Shown in pieces: positions 60,261 through 64,000 of a stretch of 64,000 nt of DNA. Origin of the DNA: Thermoplasmatota archaeon (lineage in GTDB: Archaea > Thermoplasmatota > E2 > JACPAO01 > JAHFTW01); NCBI GenBank assembly GCA_041601615.1, contig JBFIHX010000005.1:32001-96000 (forward strand), given 5' to 3'. Below the pieces are notes generated by a model. The model made no database searches and was not told the origin of the DNA. It was given only the letters and a program-made list of their open reading frames with translations. Positions within the stretch are counted from its first letter, which is position 1. Every line of letters begins with the position of its first letter. Both the position numbers and the translations under genes were made by a program.

Positions 60261-63179
60261 GAAGCCAAAGGCTCCCTTCACGTAATTTTCAACCATTTCC
60301 TTGTACCATGCCCAGTCCACGGTGTGCTCCTGTTTGTGCTCGATGATGTAGTCCACGGGCCACATGTACTCAATGGGCTTGATGCCGGACTTGCGGGGCT
60401 TCTTGATTTGAAGATTGTAGCCGCTCGTGGCAAGTTTTTGCTTGGTGTCCGTCTGTACTTTTGGATCGTGGTACAGGGGCAGCGGGTCCTTGCAGATGAC
60501 GAATTTGAATTTGCGGCCCTGTCGGATCGGCTCTCCCAGTAGGTGCTCGACGGCGATGGTGCGCACGGCGAACGTGGAGAGGGTGCCGTCGGGGTTCGGC
60601 TTGTAGCTACGCACCGGTTGGACACTCTGGCGAAGCACCAGATCCTCCCATGGCGTCTCGTGGATGTGCACGCCGCTCATGACGTCCTTGGTGGCGCGCT
60701 TGATGGCGGTCTTCATGCGCTCGCGGGCGTCTTCTTCCTCGGTCCAACTGGACACTTCCAGGAGCGCCTTTTTCATGATGGGGTGCAGGAGTTTCTGGGC
60801 GAGCGGCGCCTTGTCGCTGCCCTTGAAGTTGTTGCCCTTGGTCTCCATCACCAACTCGTCGCCCTTGGTTTTGAACTTGAGGTAGTTCTTGTGGACGATG
60901 AACACCATAGCGTCGTACTGTTCCGCCTCCAACTCGAAGTCCTCGTAGTCGAGCTCCTTGCGCCAGCGTAGATTCGCGGTCTCGACGGCCTTGAGCGCCT
61001 TATCTGGGAGTGTAATCCAGGAATCAGCGTCTGGTAGCTCGTCGGCGCCCACGGCGGCGGCCAAGTGCGGTAAATTGCCGACGGATTTGCTGCATCCAAG
61101 GTAGATGCCATCCGTGTCGCCATACACCACTCGGATGCCTTCCTTCTCGAAGTCCTCGCGGGTCTCGTGCAGCACTTTTTGGCCAATGGTGGTGATGTTG
61201 GCGCCGCCCCAGACGTTGAATTGACGGCACGAGACGTTGACTGCCACGAGAATGCCGTGGGTGCCAGCGTTGCGGGCGGCCTTGAGGCTCGCGTAGGTCA
61301 TGTCGAGGATACGGATCTGGTCCTTGTCGGCGCCCGTGCGTTTGGCCTCGGCGCGGGCGTTCTTGACCTTCTGAATGGTGTCCAAAATCCCCGTCATGGC
61401 GGAGTTGACGAGGCCGTCTTCGGCGCGGTGCTTGACGCCGATCATCCAGCCACGGCCCCGCGTGAACGTCTCTGCGGGCAGGGGTCGGCGCACTTCGTAG
61501 CGACCCGATTCCGCAAAGCCAGGCTCCAAGTCCATGAGCCAAATCCAATCGTCCACTTTCTCGCCCTTGCGCGCCGGCTGCACGGTGTCGGCGGTGAGGT
61601 TCTGGGCCTTGAGGATCGTCGGATACATGGCGCCCACGTCTGCTTCGACGACGTGGAACCAGGGGACGAAGTGGCTCTGGAGGTCGCTGTCGGGCTTCAG
61701 CGTCAGGCCGCCGACGATGGCATAGCCGTGCGGGTTGTCCTTTCCGCCGTTGGAGCGGCTGATGACGCCCGGGTGCTCGACCCAGAACGGCATTTCGGGG
61801 CCCTGCTTGGCCACACGCAAGAACTCTTTCTCGGCAGCCTCGGGGCCTGCGGTGAGCACGGCCTGGGACACGTCTTCGCGGGTGGGAAAGTCGTCGTAGG
61901 GAATGGCGCGTTGGACGCTGCGAGCAATGCTCTGGGCGCGGCACGTGGCGGGCATGATGCGGCGCTGGCGGCGGGCACGCAGGAAGGCCATGTGGTCCCA
62001 CATTTTCGTATTGCCACCGGTCAAGAGGCTGTCCAGGGGCATGTTGACGGTGAAGCCGAGCGGGAGCGCCTGGGTAAGGAGAATTTGCGTAATGCCGAGT
62101 TGCTCTTGCACGTCGTGCTTGTTGTACTGGAGTGTCTTGGCGTCGAGGCCCATGTTGGCGGCCTCCATGTAGACGCGGCCCGGCACCTCGACGCCGAGCC
62201 AGGGAGCCAAGCCCTTGAGCGTGAAATCGTCATGGAAGAAGTAGAATTTGCGCGCCGCGTGGAATGTGTCCAGCGTCGTGGGGTGAAACACGCTGATGTC
62301 GCTGCTGCTTCCGAAGTGGAAGGAACGGTCTTTGCGGCTCCAGGTGTCCGTGAATTCGTTGAACCAGGACCGCATGCCCTTGCTCAGGAACTCCTGCTTT
62401 TGGTCGCGGGCCAAGAACGACCCGATGCGGTTGCGGATTTGCAGGTTGTCGAAGCCCAGAACGTTGTGGCCCGCAATGATGTCGTGCGTCACCGATTTTT
62501 GGGTGAACTGCATCAAGTTGTCCAGTTCATCATCCTCGTTGTGCGCCACCAATTGGACGACTTCCTTGCCGAGGTAGTCTTGGTCCATGTCCGTGAGCCG
62601 GAAGTCGAATGCCTCCGTTTCCAAGTCCTTGCTTGCTTCGTACTTGACGTCGAAATCCGCGTACCCAATGACGTCGATGGGGATCTCCTTCTTGCCCGAG
62701 CCGTACTCCGTGGTCTCGATGTCGTACGTCAAAACGGAGAGCTGTGCCGGCTTGCCTTTCGTGTCCCAGAGCCACCAGTCATGCTCGGCGCCAAGGTCTC
62801 CAAGGGCGCGCTCGATGTAGGGAATGTCGTGCTCGGCTGTGTAGAAGCCGTGGTCCCAGAACAAGCGGTCGGACACTTCCGGCACCCAGTACGGCCGCTT
62901 GCAGGTGACGGGAATCACCTTGCGGCTGCGGTTGTGGTCCCAAAACGACTGGTATGAGAGCGGTTCGCCCACTTCCAAGACTTTCGACAGGTCCTCTGAG
63001 TTCGGGTCGCCGCCGCGAGCCTCATCCACTGCCGCAAGCAACCGAGTGCGAGCATCCGCGACCGATTCGTCGCCCCGGGGCCATGCCAGGAAGGCCGGCG
63101 CGTGCAGTCCCGCCAGGGGTTGCGGGTCCCGTCCCTGCCAAAACAGGTGGGTGTTGGAGGCGTTCAGCAGCGGCTGCAC
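60213..63179 (-). CDS. polB: Family B DNA polymerase, divergent
   Basis: ExoI YDIET, ExoII GHN..GFD, ExoIII YNKHD; DVGAMYP; YGDTDG; PIP box QRDLSSWF. Confidence 0.93.
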   Translation of the reverse strand: MQPLLNASNTHLFWQGRDPQPLAGLHAPAFLAWPRGDESVADARTRLLAAVDEARGGDPNSEDLSKVLEVGEPLSYQSFWDHNRSRKVIPVTCKRPYWVPEVSDRLFWDHGFYTAEHDIPYIERALGDLGAEHDWWLWDTKGKPAQLSVLTYDIETTEYGSGKKEIPIDVIGYADFDVKYEASKDLETEAFDFRLTDMDQDYLGKEVVQLVAHNEDDELDNLMQFTQKSVTHDIIAGHNVLGFDNLQIRNRIGSFLARDQKQEFLSKGMRSWFNEFTDTWSRKDRSFHFGSSSDISVFHPTTLDTFHAARKFYFFHDDFTLKGLAPWLGVEVPGRVYMEAANMGLDAKTLQYNKHDVQEQLGITQILLTQALPLGFTVNMPLDSLLTGGNTKMWDHMAFLRARRQRRIMPATCRAQSIARSVQRAIPYDDFPTREDVSQAVLTAGPEAAEKEFLRVAKQGPEMPFWVEHPGVISRSNGGKDNPHGYAIVGGLTLKPDSDLQSHFVPWFHVVEADVGAMYPTILKAQNLTADTVQPARKGEKVDDWIWLMDLEPGFAESGRYEVRRPLPAETFTRGRGWMIGVKHRAEDGLVNSAMTGILDTIQKVKNARAEAKRTGADKDQIRILDMTYASLKAARNAGTHGILVAVNVSCRQFNVWGGANITTIGQKVLHETREDFEKEGIRVVYGDTDGIYLGCSKSVGNLPHLAAAVGADELPDADSWITLPDKALKAVETANLRWRKELDYEDFELEAEQYDAMVFIVHKNYLKFKTKGDELVMETKGNNFKGSDKAPLAQKLLHPIMKKALLEVSSWTEEEDARERMKTAIKRATKDVMSGVHIHETPWEDLVLRQSVQPVRSYKPNPDGTLSTFAVRTIAVEHLLGEPIRQGRKFKFVICKDPLPLYHDPKVQTDTKQKLATSGYNLQIKKPRKSGIKPIEYMWPVDYIIEHKQEHTVDWAWYKEMVENYVKGAFGFDSLELAVQRDLSSWF

Positions 63180-63233
63180 GGGTGCCGCAGTGGGGGGTCG
63201 GCCAAGAAGGTACGGGCCGGAGGGGCCAGGTGC

Positions 63234-63959
63234 TTACGGCGCCGGCGCCATGAGTCCGCCGCCCTCGTCGTCGTCATCTTCGCCAAAATCATCGTCTGGG
63301 TCTGGGTCTCCAAGTTCGCCTTGGGCATTGACAAACAAGCACGGGCCAAGGTCCTCTAGGTTCAACTCGTCGCCCAGCCGGCGGCCTGCCATGAGTTGGC
63401 AACGCGTAACACCCACAGGAGCGACGAAGTGGCCGCCATCGCGCAACTGCGACAACAGCATATGCGGAATCGTAGGAATCGCACAGGTGATGTAGATGGC
63501 ATCGAACGGCGCCTCTGCCTCAATGCCCAGCGCTCCGTCACCTTGGATGACACGCACGTCGATGCCGGTTGATTCAAGGTTGCGCGCCGCCCACTCGGCA
63601 AGCTCGGGCAAATATTCGATCGAAAACACCCGACCGGTTTCGCCAACGATTTGCTTGACCACGGCAGCGTGGTAGCCGACTCCGGTGCCGACCTCCAACA
63701 CCTTCTGCCCTGTCTCCAACTGGAGTGCCGCAGTCATCATCGCCACCATGTGTGGCGCACTGATCGTCTGGCCAAAGCCCACAGGCAACGGCCGATCCTC
63801 GTATGCGTGCTCACGCAGTTCGGCGGGCAAGAACATGTGCCGGGGAACGGCCAGCATCGCTTCTTCCAGGCGCGGATCGGTCAGGTAGCCGTCCACCTCC
63901 AACCGCTGGAGCAAGGTTTCACGCTCCTCAAGTCGTTCGGCGGGCAGGGAGTCCTGCAT
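63234..63959 (-). CDS. pcm: Protein-L-isoaspartate O-methyltransferase
   Basis: VPRH.F, AYED.PL..G.GQTISAPHM, VLEVGTG.GY. Confidence 0.96.
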   Translation of the reverse strand: MQDSLPAERLEERETLLQRLEVDGYLTDPRLEEAMLAVPRHMFLPAELREHAYEDRPLPVGFGQTISAPHMVAMMTAALQLETGQKVLEVGTGVGYHAAVVKQIVGETGRVFSIEYLPELAEWAARNLESTGIDVRVIQGDGALGIEAEAPFDAIYITCAIPTIPHMLLSQLRDGGHFVAPVGVTRCQLMAGRRLGDELNLEDLGPCLFVNAQGELGDPDPDDDFGEDDDDEGGGLMAPAP

Positions 63960-64000
63960 AGGTACCAATGCGCACCCGTTTGTTTTAGGGTGTTGGGGCC

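Noticed and set aside
1-64000. tRNA/rRNA genes, integrase, transposase or provirus
   Set aside because: None recognisable by eye or in the ORF track; tRNAscan-SE and Infernal were not run.

Overview
GC-rich archaeal chromosomal segment. PolD large subunit, aEF-2, aIF2-alpha, Nop10, PAC2, Sec61-beta and an archaeal-type AspRS mark it as archaeal; Thermoplasmatota-like affinity is an inference. Core genes (polC, folD, rpsL-rpsG, fusA, eif2a-nop10-PAC2, aspS, A1-type cytochrome c oxidase, polB, pcm) are interspersed with accessory DNA. Main observations: (1) Five core genes (polC, rpsG, fusA, aspS, polB) are each followed, 87-149 nt downstream, by one or two 'ghost' copies of their own last 10-22 codons. 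The copies differ mostly by synonymous changes and each starts at or just after a GC hairpin. This suggests an undescribed cargo-less 3'-end-replacement element. (2) Two integrase-less integron cassette arrays with related attC sites, each carrying an orphan ORF and a toxin-antitoxin pair. (3) A complete lasso-peptide cluster (kinase, RRE, B2 peptidase, GNAT, cyclase, ABC exporter, nucleotidyltransferase) with a 39-aa precursor missing from the ORF track. (4) A 4717-aa surface protein with a degenerate subtilase domain and a 1056-aa beta-helix/coiled-coil protein lying between rpsG and fusA. (5) A locally AT-recoded patch over the PolC catalytic/intein site. All calls are from manual reading; no searches were run.
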